Part shown: piece by piece, positions 1-12,102 of the stretch
How positions within the stretch are numbered: the first letter of the stretch is position 1
How the letters are laid out: every line of letters begins with the position of its first letter
From: Vitrella brassicaformis CCMP3155
Taxonomy: Eukaryota > Protista > Chromerida
NCBI GenBank assembly: GCA_001179505.1
Contig: CDMY01000677.1
Span: 62,001 to 126,000, forward strand
Reading direction: 5' to 3'
DNA: 64,000 nt
Program-made: the position numbers and the translations under genes
Notes under the pieces: generated by a model
The model's input: the letters and a program-made list of their open reading frames with translations, nothing else
Database searches by the model: none
What the model was told of the DNA's origin: nothing

Positions 1-3000
1 TGCTGTGTTGATCTGCTTCTCGGCCCGTCTCATTGATCTGTTCCCGAAGTCCTTGCCGCAGTTGGACAAGGCGCGGTTCATCCGGTTTTTCCTCATGTAT
101 CTCACGTACAGCCCCAGCTGCTCGGCCGTCATCTCCCTCTGCGCCGACGCGAGAGACATGAGCTTCTTCTTGACCCTCTCCTCTGTCACCATGCCCTTGG
201 CGTCGATCACGCGGACGCTCTGAGACAGCACCACCACGCGACGATACCGCCTCCGGGGTTTCAACGCCTCGTCCAAGGCGATGGTGTCCTTGCCCCTGTA
301 GAAAGGCCTCTCCCTCGCTGTCGAAATCGATGACCCCGATCCAGATGTGAGGCTGTCGGAGCTGCTGACGAACGTTTCATGAATGCGTAGCCGTGGCTGG
401 GTGCGCTTGGTGGCGGTAACCTCGATGCGCTGCTGATCGCCGGTCTTGCGGAAGAACCGCGGTTGCAGGAGGGTGAGGGCGGGTGGCTCGGGTGCGTCTC
501 CTTCGATAATGAGGTAGTCGTCAGGGTGGCCGACGGGGCTGAGGGGGATGGCCTCGTCGGCGGGGATCTTCTGGTACACCACCTCGATGAAGTGGATCTT
601 GCTCATGTCAATCTGGCACCAAACACAGACACAGACACTCTTGCAGTCCGGTCTGCCTGCCTGCAGTGAGCGCTCGCTGACCAGGAATCGGGGTCCCATC
701 CAGTCGACCAATCGCCGCATGGCGAAGTTGTGAAACACCTCTTTTGGATGAGCGCATAGGATCGACCCCGCCCGGCAGAACCACATGAGGTGCACCTCAT
801 CCGAAGGCTTGAGCAGCGTGTCTGTGTCCATGTCGATCTCATACTTAGGCCGCAGACAGGTGTCCTCAGACCTGTGCCGGATGGTCACCTCGCACGCCGT
901 CAGTGGCGGGACGAAGGCGTCCTGGAGGATGGGCAGCAGATTGGACAGCTCTGGATGGTCCTTTCGGAGACGACCCTCCTGCTCCCTGCAAATTCAACAA
1001 ATGCAGTCGGTGGCCTGTTCATCGACCCATGCAGCTGTCTGACCTCGCGAGCCTGAAATGGGCGTCCAGGAAGTCGCCACCAGCGTTGACGACGGCCGTG
1101 CGCAGCTGTGCTGTGGCTGTGGTCTGCTCCTGAGTCGCGGCCTCCAACTTCTCACGCGCACGACGGGCCAACCAATCTGATGAAGAACAAATGTGAGCAG
1201 GTTCTCACCGTTTCGCGTCTCTGCGCATGCACCACCCACCTTGTCTCTCCCTGAGTTTCTCCAGCTGCTGTTTGGCCTTGAACTCAACGCTCTCCTGCAG
1301 TGCATGGACCACCCTTAGCGCCTCAGCCTTGACGTCCTCCTGCGCCTTCCGTGACACCCCCAGCAGAGCCAGAAAGGCCCTCGACGTGGCCGGCATCTTC
1401 AAGAGTTTCGCTATGTCCATGACGCCCTCGGCAAGGGACCGCTCGGCCTCGCTGCGCCGCTCCCTCTCCTGTCTCTCCAAACGCAGGAGTGCTTCGGGGC
1501 TCCGCGCGCCCCTCTTCCTGGCGTTTGCGGATCGCACGGATCTGACTGCGATGAGCGATGCGGCGAGGTAGAGCTGCTGTGTCCTGTAGTGGACTTGTTG
1601 GATGCGGAAGAACGGGATAGAGGAGGTCGACTTGGTCATGCGCTTGGTACGGTTTGGGTCGTCAGACTCGTCCGCATCATCATCCTGACGACAGAACGAG
1701 GAAGGATTGACGTTTCGCATGTCATTGTCTGCTTCACCCATCCATCGCTGACCTCATCGCCTGAGCTCCTTCGCCCTTCCCTGCGGGCGACCCATCGCCT
1801 GACCGACTCGCCCAAAGCCCCGCCCCATGTCACCTCCCTGCCCCTCGGTCGACAGCTCTCAAAGCACCGACAGCAGCCCCGACGCACCGACGCCATCCGC
1901 CGCCTCCAGGCAGACACGTTGATAATCAGGGGGTCGAACATGAACAGCCCGCCGAAGATGCGAAAGGGCGGCAGCAGCATCAAGGTGAAGTCGGTGGACT
2001 CGCGGGGCAATCGGTCGAGGAAGAAGGTGCCGAGACGGTTCTTGGGATCGACCCAGTCGCGGCTGTCCCGCCACCAAAAGAAGAGAAATGGGCTGTAGAT
2101 GGCGAGCAGGATGCCGGCCAGGAAGAGCAGCGACCGCCACTGTCTGCGGATGTTGTCCCAGCTGTAGAGGTACTCTGCGGCGCTGACGAGCCCAATATTG
2201 GTACGCTCAAACTTGCGCGAAGACGCCTCGTATGACGCCACAAACGCCGAGAGGTGGTTGCACGCACACTTGACGTGCGTGGCGTTGCTGTCCTGCCACA
2301 CATTCTCACACCCGTCGCTCTTCCAATCGAGCTCGCCGCGATAGAGACACAGCCGTTCGGTGCAGTTCATCCAGTGCTCCTCGGTCCCCGTCACCCAGCA
2401 CAGCTTCCGCGTGTCGTTGGGGCAGGGGAAGGAGTCTTCAGGGATCGCCTCTGGCTGCACGGGGCCCTCTGGCAGCTTGTCAGGTATGCGCAGCGTCGGG
2501 GCGCCTGGCAGGTCGATCTCCACCGATAGTCGACGGACGGGAGCACGGTTTTCAGCAGTGAACAAGGACAAAGCACGGAGGGTCCACTGCAGAAGAGGCT
2601 CGAGAGTGGGATGGGGGGCTTCTGAGTCAGGAAATGCCGTGAGTTGCCGCCTGGTGGGTGAGGAGACATTACCCACAGGGAGAGGCATGTTGCTGAACGG
2701 CCAGGTGCCGTTCCAGGTTTCGTTTTTGAGAAGTAGTGCGCACGAGTCGACGGAGGGTGCCTTGAGGTAGAAGGTGATGTTGACGGGCGTGTCTTTTACC
2801 ACCATTTTCTCCCGCTTCTGGCCGTCGTAAACGTCGATCTGCCGGATGAAGGGCGCCAGGGCTCGGGAGGTGTTGGTGTGGGGGTATGGGCTGACGGGCC
2901 AGTCGATGGCCGTGAGGATGAGGGCTGACCCACTCGACGGGGGAGCCGCCGTGTTGGTCAGCGCGCCACCCGGCACTGTCACGTCGTCCTAACGATCCCA

Positions 3001-6000
3001 ACACACAAAACGTGACAGACCGGACGTGCTCTAAGTGTTGGTGCCTACAAGTGCCAAGGGTTGTGTCGATGCAAGGAGGGCGTTCATCTTGGTCAGCGCC
3101 AGCCTCAGCTCCTCCTTCTCGAATACGCGTTCAGCCTGGTCGGCGGTGTCGCTCGCGGCCGTCAGCACAAGCCGATCCATCGCCAGACGGCTCTCAAATG
3201 ACACGCTCCGCGACACGTTGGCTGCATACACAATAGACAAGCATACAGACGACAGATGCACGTGTGTCCCCCCTCCCCCATACCGAACTCAACGCTGTTT
3301 GCCCTGTCCATGACCCTCTGCACGGCCCCCACCACCTCGACCCCCGACGCGTAGCTCAGCTCGTACCGCTCCTGCAGCTTCGTCTTGGTCAAAGTGTCGT
3401 TCATCAGGTCACCCAGGATGACCGACGACTCGTTCAGGTGGAACGAGTTCACCCCCTCGAAGCCCAGGAAGTTGGACAGAGATGACGCCACGCGGCCGAC
3501 AGATGGGTCGTCCGGTGCGCTGGCGATTACAATGTCAGTGGCAGCCTTGATAGCGTCGAGGTATCTGTCGAGTGAGGTCATGTTGAGGGTGTCGATGGCG
3601 TTGAGAATGTCGTCGACGTCCCCAGAGTTCTCCACCTCGTCCAGCAGCTCATCCACCTGCTGATCGCTCAGCTGCGCTTCCTCAACACTCAGCCCGCCAG
3701 ACAGAGAACAATGCGGGCAGACCTCATGGCCGCCCACACTCGCCGTGCCCAGCACACAGTGAGAGCCGGCGGGCAGGAGGGTCTCATATGCAGGGAGCGA
3801 CCAGCCAGTCTTGATGGGGATTGAAGGGGACGCAGATGCAGAGGGCGCGGAGCAGTCTGAGGCGTTGGTCCGGGCGAAGGAGAAGTCGACGTCGTTGTAA
3901 GGGTCGCCAGGGTCATACCCGTACACCGATTGCTGGATCAGCACCTTCTCGGCTGAAGACGTGTTGGTCGTCGACAGCATCAGGTTGCCCCCCCTCTTGC
4001 TGTCCGCTGCCCGGAAGGGCTCCGACACCGCCACCACAGTCTGCCCATCCACCACCTCCAGCACATAGCTCTCACCCCCCGTCAGCACCGCGGGGTCCAC
4101 GCTCACAGCCAACACCTCGATCATGTCGCCGGCAAAAGGCCTCTCAGTGACCAGGTACTGCGTCAGGAAGTCGCTCCCGACTGTGGCAGCTGTGGCTGTG
4201 TTGGTTGGGATGGGTGTGAGTGCCGCAGCGGACACGTTTGCAGGGAGGGGCTTTTCCTGCTGGGAGAGGGCGAGGCGGAAGGCGAGGAACGACGTCGACA
4301 GGGGGGTGGGTGCGAAGTGGTAAGCAAGGGCTGTGAACGCCTCCTTGACAGTACTGCAGGCAAAGGCAGCACGCATCTCGTTCGGTCAGGTTATCTGACA
4401 CACATTACATGCACCTGACTCACCTCTCAGGAAGGGCAACGAAGAGCGGCAGCACGGGTGTGTCCGCCGACACCACCTCGATCGCCACCTCGCCTGTCAT
4501 TGTGATGCCTGCTGCCTCCACCATCAGCCCCACATCACACTTGCCAACCCGCAACGCCCGCAACTCGATCCTCCCGATGCTGTTGGGCCCTCCAGTGTCA
4601 TAGCGAAGTGGGACGCCATCTTGCGTCAGCGCCCAGCAGTCGCTTGCATAACTCCATGACTTTCTGGCAGACGTGAAGTCGAGCGGGAGGAGAGAAGTGT
4701 CCGTGATGATGGCGCCGACCATGGTGATCAGGCCGACGTTGATCTGCCTGGGGCCGACCAATCGCAGAGGATACTTCTCTTGCAGCACTCCGGTGACAGT
4801 GAACGTGATGAACGAGGGGATGGGCGGCACCGCGTCAACGTAGTACGCTTCCATTTGGTACTGTTCCGTCTCAGAGGGAGCCACGTCGCTCTCGTTGAGC
4901 ATGAGCGTGGTCACCTGTGTGAAGTTCATCTCCAGCCCCTCGATGCTGCCCGACAGCCCCTCCCAGCTGCCGTTGCCGCTGTTCCACCTCAGCCACCGCA
5001 CCAAAGCCACCCTCGTTTGGCCCTCCGATGCCGCACACGTCGCGTCACTTTCGTCGCCATCCCAGCGGCTGATGTACACCCTCAGTCGCAGCTGGCTGCC
5101 GACTTTCTTGTACTGCTGCAAAGAAGAGCCAGCAGTGATGTGCAGAGGGGGCACAGGGACGTGGTTGTCCGTCAGCAGGGTGAGGGAGAAGGTCCTGTTG
5201 ACGGGCATGCTCATAAAGGTCTTGGCCGTGACGAGTAGGTCGAATGAAGTGGCCGTGGGCACTATGGATTGTGCTGCAGCGAGGAGGGGTGCCGAGGGGA
5301 GGTTGATTCGGATGAGGGAGAGGGTGGTGCCTTGGCCGGAGGACGCGTTAAAGGCAGCCAGTTGGTCGCAGACGACAGATGGTGTGCTGCTGCTGCATGC
5401 CCAGGTGTAGTTGACGAGATGGCCGAATCCCTTGCCCACTTGCACCTCCACAGTGTTGTTCAGGCAGGCATGGACCGTCACTGAAGACACCATCTGAGCC
5501 ACAGACAACTTAACAATCAAGATTCGCATTGAGCTATGCGTCCTGCCTCACCTCAATGGTTGGCTGGACGAGGGCGGGTCTCGTGCCAGGCAGCTGCAGG
5601 TACACCGACTGCCCAGCGGCGTACCACGACGCCGGCCAGGCGCCCCCATAGGCAGCGGCGGCCTCTTCCCCAGCAGGCGTGGCACTCATCAGCCGTCCTC
5701 CCTCTATCCTCACCTCCATCCCCACACCCACATTCGCCGAAGACCCCTGCCGCACCCGCAGGGTCAGCGGCGTCGACCACTCACATGTGGGGTCGTTGCC
5801 GAAGAGAGACAGGGGCCCTGGTGAGTTGAATACGTCGCATGGCGAGGTGAAGACTGCTGGATTGGGAGGTGTGTCGAAGACGATGTCTATGGCGTCGTAG
5901 TTGTGTGTAAGGGTTGCTGAGACGAGGCGGGGCGGCTGAATGATGTAGCATATGGCCGAGGGAGAGGGGGCAGTAGTGGGGTCAACTGAGCATACGTGAC

Positions 6001-9000
6001 CCTTCCCTTGACTGACACACGCTGTTCTGTTTCTGTCGGTACCAGGGCAGCCAATGGTCTTGCTCAGGTCAGGCGCACAAGGGTCGCCGATCGTCGCACA
6101 CTCAATGATCTGTGTCGACAGGTCGAATGACGTCCCCGGGTTGCAAAACGAGAAACCAGCAGGGGGCGTCACCGGAACACTCTGACAGAGGGATGCAGTG
6201 ATGTTGGTGACCACGCTGCTGCACACCGATGGCCCCTGTTGGTATCTTGGTGTCACGGGGGAGCCGTCAGCTGCCACGGGGATAAGTGGGGCGGTGCACG
6301 TGAAGCTTGGCTCGACCTCACGGCAGTCGTTGGGGCAGCCGTCGTCGGCAACCAAGTTGCCTGCATGCGCAGACGGAAGGAGAGACTGGGGCGTGAGGCT
6401 AGAGACACCGTCGTGTGTCGATACCGTCATCACAGGCTTCAGCAGGTGAGATGTTGCCGTCACCACATTGAGGCACCTGGCAAGCAAACATATCCACCAG
6501 GACACTAGCTAGGCAAGGGGGGAGAGCCAGTGTATGTGTGGAATGAGATTGGCTCACACATTCGGCGACGATGCCAGTGGTGTCCATCCGCACACGACAT
6601 GTCTCTTCAATCAGACAACTTCCGCCACAATTGTCTACCGCTGATAGATCGACAACACATACGTGGAGAGTACAGCACATATTATGTGTCCACAAGTCGC
6701 CCTTCCACTTACCAGGAACGACCCGCACAGACCGCTCCGACGGGTCTGCAGCCTGCTGCAGAGCTATCCCCCTGATCGCATCCCGCCCATTTGCCTCTAT
6801 CTCGGCCGCCAGCGAGTCGCACTCACCCGTCTCCCTCTTCGCCGCAAAGCAGTGCCACATCTCCACCACAAATGCATCTTCCTCACCAGGCGGGATGGGG
6901 AGAGTAAAGGACTGGCCGACCTGCACCAGGGCAAAACCTGGAGCGGACTGCGAAGTGTTTGGTGTGGGGTAGAGGTCGCTGTCGCCCGGCGGCGGGGGGA
7001 TGGTGTTTGAGACGGAATTGATCTTGTCCCAGATGAGTAGGATGCGATCGTTGAGGGGGTCGACGTCGGGGCCGGTGGCACTGGGCGTAATGGTGGTGTT
7101 TGGGCCGCTGGTGACAGTCACTGGCGTTTGGGATACTGACCTGCCAAGGTCTGCAGCCCAAACAGATCAACACAGAGAGAGAATGCCACCATTTCTCATA
7201 TATCGGATCGTGTGTCTGTCTTGCTTACTCACAGTGGTAGAAGTAGAAGGGCTCCACTGTGGCGTTGTTGGCATTGCCGTACTGATCAGCTCCCAGACTG
7301 CCGTTCACGCTCACCTCCACCCGCCCCAGCACTGTCGCCTCCACCTCAAAACACGACTCAGATATGCTGCTGGACAATGAAGGTATCGGCTGCTGGGTCA
7401 TGTTGCCGCAGAAGGCAAGATCAGAGCTGACGAGGGTACCATTGGAGACAGAAACGACCGAGGACAGTGTGTGAGGGGTGAGGATAACAGGATGGGTGAA
7501 AGTCGCCCTGATGGTGAGACGTGGGCTGGTAGAAAGCTCTCGAATCGCAATGTAAGCCTCAGACTCGATCCCATTAAGAGAGATGGTCGGGCAGATTGTA
7601 TCTGACGGAAACAGAGGAAAGTCAGGATTGCTGCCATTCAGCAGCCAACCTTCGGCTCACTGATGACAAACTGGTGAGTTGACGCTTCATTGGGAGACAT
7701 AGTATCCTTGGCGGCAACAATGCCCACCGGCACATTCACATCAACCAGCTGGTCGACCCCCGCCGCAGGATAAAGCGTCAGCGTGTACATGGCTGGGGGA
7801 TTGGGCGGGTCGGGCGGATCCAGCAGTGAAAAGCGAAGCTCAGCGGGCTGGGCCTCGGGGAAGGGCGACACGGTTATGTTCGCCAAAGTGAGAGTGGGGT
7901 AGGTGTCGAGTGGGATGGTGAAGTTGAGGCGGAGGACAGTGCCGTTGGCGGGGCACTGCGACGGCGCGTCGTAAGATATGAAGCGATCTGCACGGAAGAG
8001 CAACAGATGCATATATGGACGGCCATGGGACATTTGAAATTCTTGCTGCCTCACGTACCAAAGACAGCTCGTGGCGTTTGCGCTGCGTGACAAAGAGGAC
8101 AAACAAACTCATTGCACCTGTGTCTGTGTCTGTGTCTCTCCACCTATTTTTCTTACCCCAGAACCACTGCAGCTGCACCCCCGTCAGCCCCGGCCCGACC
8201 CAGTTGCCATTCCCATCCGCATCAGCAGCTATCGTCCCCACTACAGTCAGCGTAATCATCCCATACGCCAAACTCAGCTCAGTCTGATTCACCACAATAC
8301 AGTAAGTCGACTGCCAAGGGACGGCGGCCCCTCCACTGCAGCTGACGAGGCTGTAGTTGGCTGCTGGCAGGTGTCTGGTCGCACCCGTGCGGTCCGTCAG
8401 ATTAACTCGGGGCACTGGGTGGGTTATCTGCTCTACTGATGGGTCGACGGGCTCGGTGAAGGTGACGCGGATAGTGACTGTGTGGGCTGTGGTGGTCTCT
8501 GTTGATGGATTCCACTCGGCATGCGGATCCACGGCCAAAGTCAGATTCGGACACTTCGCATCTGAACCGCCAAAGGGCACACACGCGATGATAATGCAGA
8601 TACCCAACAGGAATAGGAAATATCAAGCTTACTGAAGGGAAAGGGGCCCCAAGACCTCGCAGGCATCGGCGCCGTCGTGGCAGCACTCGCCGCATTGCCC
8701 GCCGCCACATTCACAGTCAGAGTGTCCACCACCCCATCAGAAGGCCGATACAGCAGCGTATAGTTTGCAAAAGCGAAGAATCTCGCGTGGAAGTCCCCCG
8801 TCCCCCCGAACACCAGCACATCCCCGCTGGCTCGCCCCGATGAGAACTGCAGGTCGAGGTCGGCGATGGTGAAGTCAGTCACAAACTCGGGCCAATCGAG
8901 TAAAATCGACAGTGGCCCGGGGCAGGTGCTCCACAGCCACGGATTTGCACCATGAGAGCCAGCTGCAGCAGCACAGAGAGGACCACAGACAGGTCACAAA

Positions 9001-9174
9001 TGAGGACAATGCATCCTTGACTGCCTTGCGTACTCGGGCCCGAGAAAAGGGTGACGAAAAGGAAAGCATTCACTACGGCTGCAGCTCACACAGCAAACGA
9101 GGGTGCCTTGCATGGTCCTCTGGTGCGCAGTGCACTGCGGCGAAGTCCCGCGCTTTACCTTTCGTTCTGCTCAT
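1..9174 (-). CDS. Giant multi-exon type I membrane protein: signal peptide, about 3 bacterial-Ig-like repeats, Myxococcus-type Cys-rich (CGDG...CDDG) repeat, PKD/REJ-like region, GAIN/GPS, TM, long cytoplasmic tail running off the left edge (polycystin-1/adhesion-receptor-like)
   Basis: GPS motif WKSDGC...HVKCACNHLSAF in ORF 1636-2982, followed by hydrophobic SLLFLAGILLAIYSPFLFFWW. CGDGNISPAEACDDG (ORF 6399-7121) joins DDGCPNDCREVEPSFTC (ORF 5534-6505). Ig-like segments at about 7640-8960. Manual splicing gives N-terminus MSRTKAVVNAFLFVTLFSGP (ATG 9174, tentative). Coding frame still open at position 1. Confidence 0.8.
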
Positions 9175-9369
9175 GCATGCCATCTCTACTTCTCGACTCC
9201 AGTCGCCTCAAACTCGGTTGCTACAGTGCAAAGGTGCAGGCTACATGCTCCCCGTAATGTGCAAGCACGAATTGGCTACGGTCACGGGCTGGGGGAAGAC
9301 TGGGGGGTGCATGCGCACCCAGTTTGGCGAGCTCAGATCTCCGGCACCACTCCGCCTCATCGGGGAACG

Positions 9370-11268
9370 ATGGCGTTGGAAGGAGCTGTCAAGCTGGAGG
9401 CTGGACTTGATATCGTCAAAGATCGGATCAGAGGGGCGCCCATTGGTAGGCTCATGCCTCAGGCAACTCAAACATCCAAGCATGAGATCATCCGTTCTTG
9501 TCTGTGAGAGTGATGCAGGCATGTTTATTGCGGATGCGCTGGCGATGCCGGCACACTGGTACTACGAAAGACCCAATATCTTCAAGCGCTTCGGTCCTGA
9601 CGGCGTGACTGCGTATCTGCCGGCTGAGAGCCCGCACTGGGAATCCATGGTCGATGGCATGACTTACAGGGGTGCGTGAGGTGCCCCACGCTATCGCCAG
9701 GACAGAACAAGAAGGCCACACATTCCATCAATAGACCTTCCTTGCATGTGTTGTGGTTTGTAGGCTCGATTGACATTCTGCATGACAAGCGTCGGTTCTA
9801 CAACCGAGAGGGAGAGGTGTCTGGCGCCGACAGCCACGGCAACCGGCTCATCGACCCGCCTGACAAGCGCACCCACTATCATGACGGCCTGCAGGCGGGA
9901 CAGAACACACACACCATGGCCTCCGTTAAGGTGCTGCTGGACAGCATCACAGAGAGGGGCGGATATGATGCTGAGGGATTCATCGACCGGTGGATAGACT
10001 TCCATACGACACCAGGCCGCAACACGTGAGTATTCTGCACGGCCTGCACACACCAACACACCGATGGCTGACTCATCCCTACTATCTGGGCGTGGTGTGC
10101 AGTGACACGTATCTCGAGATTTATGTGCGCCGGTTTTTCGAGAACCTGAGTGAGGGACGGCCCAAGATGCAATGCGCCGAGGACCAGAAGAATCGCTGGT
10201 CGATCGGCAGCCATACTGGTGTCGTCTTCTGCGTCATTCCTTTCCTCTTCACTCTCATGCAGGTCAGGTGTGTTGGGCGGGAGGGAGGGAGGCCAATAAG
10301 CACATACAGCAGACAGCGCATTTATACAGCAGACAGCACATTGCACACGCTTCCGTTGATCAGGGTCTGGAGAGGACGGCAGACGGGCGCCTGCAGCTAC
10401 CGCCCGCTGCCCTCTCTCGCGCATTGGAAGTGGCCCTCAGCCATCAGCGACTGACGCATGTGTCGGTCAACGTCACTAGCGCCTTCACGGCCCTTGCGCC
10501 GCTTCTCGTCGACCTGCTCTCTGCACCAGACGGCCTCGGGCCTGATGAATATCGGAAGATGTTGCAGAAGAACGCCAAGGCATTCCACCTGCCCAGAATC
10601 ACTGGTACGCAGCTGAGTGTGTAGTGCAGCTTCAGGGACAACCGTGTGTGTGTGTGTGTGTGTGTGGAGGTGCTGAGTTGATGGACCGATACAGAGAGGC
10701 CAATGGGCCGTTCAACATCCCCACAGACGAGATGTGGAAACTCCACACAGGTGGGTAACAAACAGGCACCGCACCGCCACACTCCCTCCCTCCATCTCTC
10801 CCTCCCTCCATCCCCTTCCGCTTCACTGTCTCTCCATCGCTGCAGACCTCAAGGACGAGCCGTTTGATCTGTCCGACACTCTCCTGGCCTCACATTCGCC
10901 CGAGTCCTTCATCGGCGACATCGTAACGTCGGCATGCTACACGGAGCACGGCCTCCCAGCCGTGCTCTTCATGGCCGCCAAGAACGCAGGTGACGGTCAC
11001 TTTGCGGACGCGGTGCTGTGCAACGTCAATGTGGGAGGCGACAGCACGGGCCGAGGGGCCATCCTTGGCGCAGTCATGGGCGCCATGGTGAGGAAAGAAC
11101 AGCTAGCTGTGTATGAGTGTGGTGGTCGGGCGTGTGCATGTGTGTTGTTTGGTGTAGGTTGGCTTTGAGAGAATTCCTGGGTGGCTGAAGGATGGTCTGG
11201 ATGACGGCAAGGGGCTGATCGAGTGCATTGCCGACGTTGTAGAAATTGCGGCCAAAGGGCTGGCTTGA
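9370..11268 (+). CDS. ADP-ribosylglycohydrolase (ARH/DraG/crystallin-J1) family protein, 8 exons
   Basis: Spliced N-terminus MALEGAVKLEAGLDIVKDRIRGAPIGMFIADALAMPAHWYY; C-terminal NVGGDSTGRGAILGAVMGA; last exon VGFERIPGWLKDGL...KGLA* with TGA at 11266-11268. GT-AG introns with compatible phases. Confidence 0.85.
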
Positions 11269-12102
11269 CCTAGTTCGGCTTTGGACGGTGTCTTCGTCGC
11301 CTCGCTGTGTACGTCTTTATGCGTGCAGACTCTCTGCATTTGGATGTGTATGTCATTCGGGTAATCAACAAGTCAAGCATCTTCATTCGTTAATCGAGTT
11401 GGTCTTGACTCTCAAGAAGGTCACTCTGTACTGTACGCCACCTATACACACGACCACCCAACCAAGACAGCCACACGGGTCCTTTCCTGCTTGTGGTGCG
11501 CGTGCATGGCATCGATTCACTCGACAGGCGGTGATCCGTCGCATGAATGGATGACATCATCGCAACGTAAACAGGAGAGGACACACATGCACTGCACGCT
11601 GCAGCGAGAGGCAATGGCAATATAGACAGACAGAGGCAATCCCAGCGATCTCTCCCTTTGCTCTCTTGGCCCATCTGGTGGCGGGACCAACGTGGATGCG
11701 ATGCCACCCGCCCACCCGACGACACTCACGCAAACCGGACACGTCCGGCCGGCCAGGCAGGAACCAGCATGTATCTGTCTGTACAGGAGATACTCAAGAA
11801 GTGAGGCCATGCATCAACACCTCCGTGAGTGTTTTGCTCCTCTTTGCTTTGTCTGTCTCTGGTGTGTCCGGTGTGCCCGCCAAGGTGGTGATGGCATAGA
11901 CTCCGTCACGCGCGCGTGTGCAACAGAGTCGACCCGCCCACCACAGCCACGGCCACACCATCCATTCACACAGACGCCGCACGAACACAGAAGAAGGTCG
12001 AAAATAGGTGGAAAAAAGGCGGAGGCATGGTATGGTATAGGTGTGTGTGTAGGTAGGGTATGTCGGTGTCTGTCTGTCCATCTGCACTGCATGGTCGTCA
12101 AC

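Noticed and set aside
9600-10030. Possible selenocysteine TGA in the ARH gene (SelJ-like)
   Set aside because: The apparent TGAs at 9677-9679 and 10027-10029 fall inside introns after GT donors; the spliced frame has no TGA.
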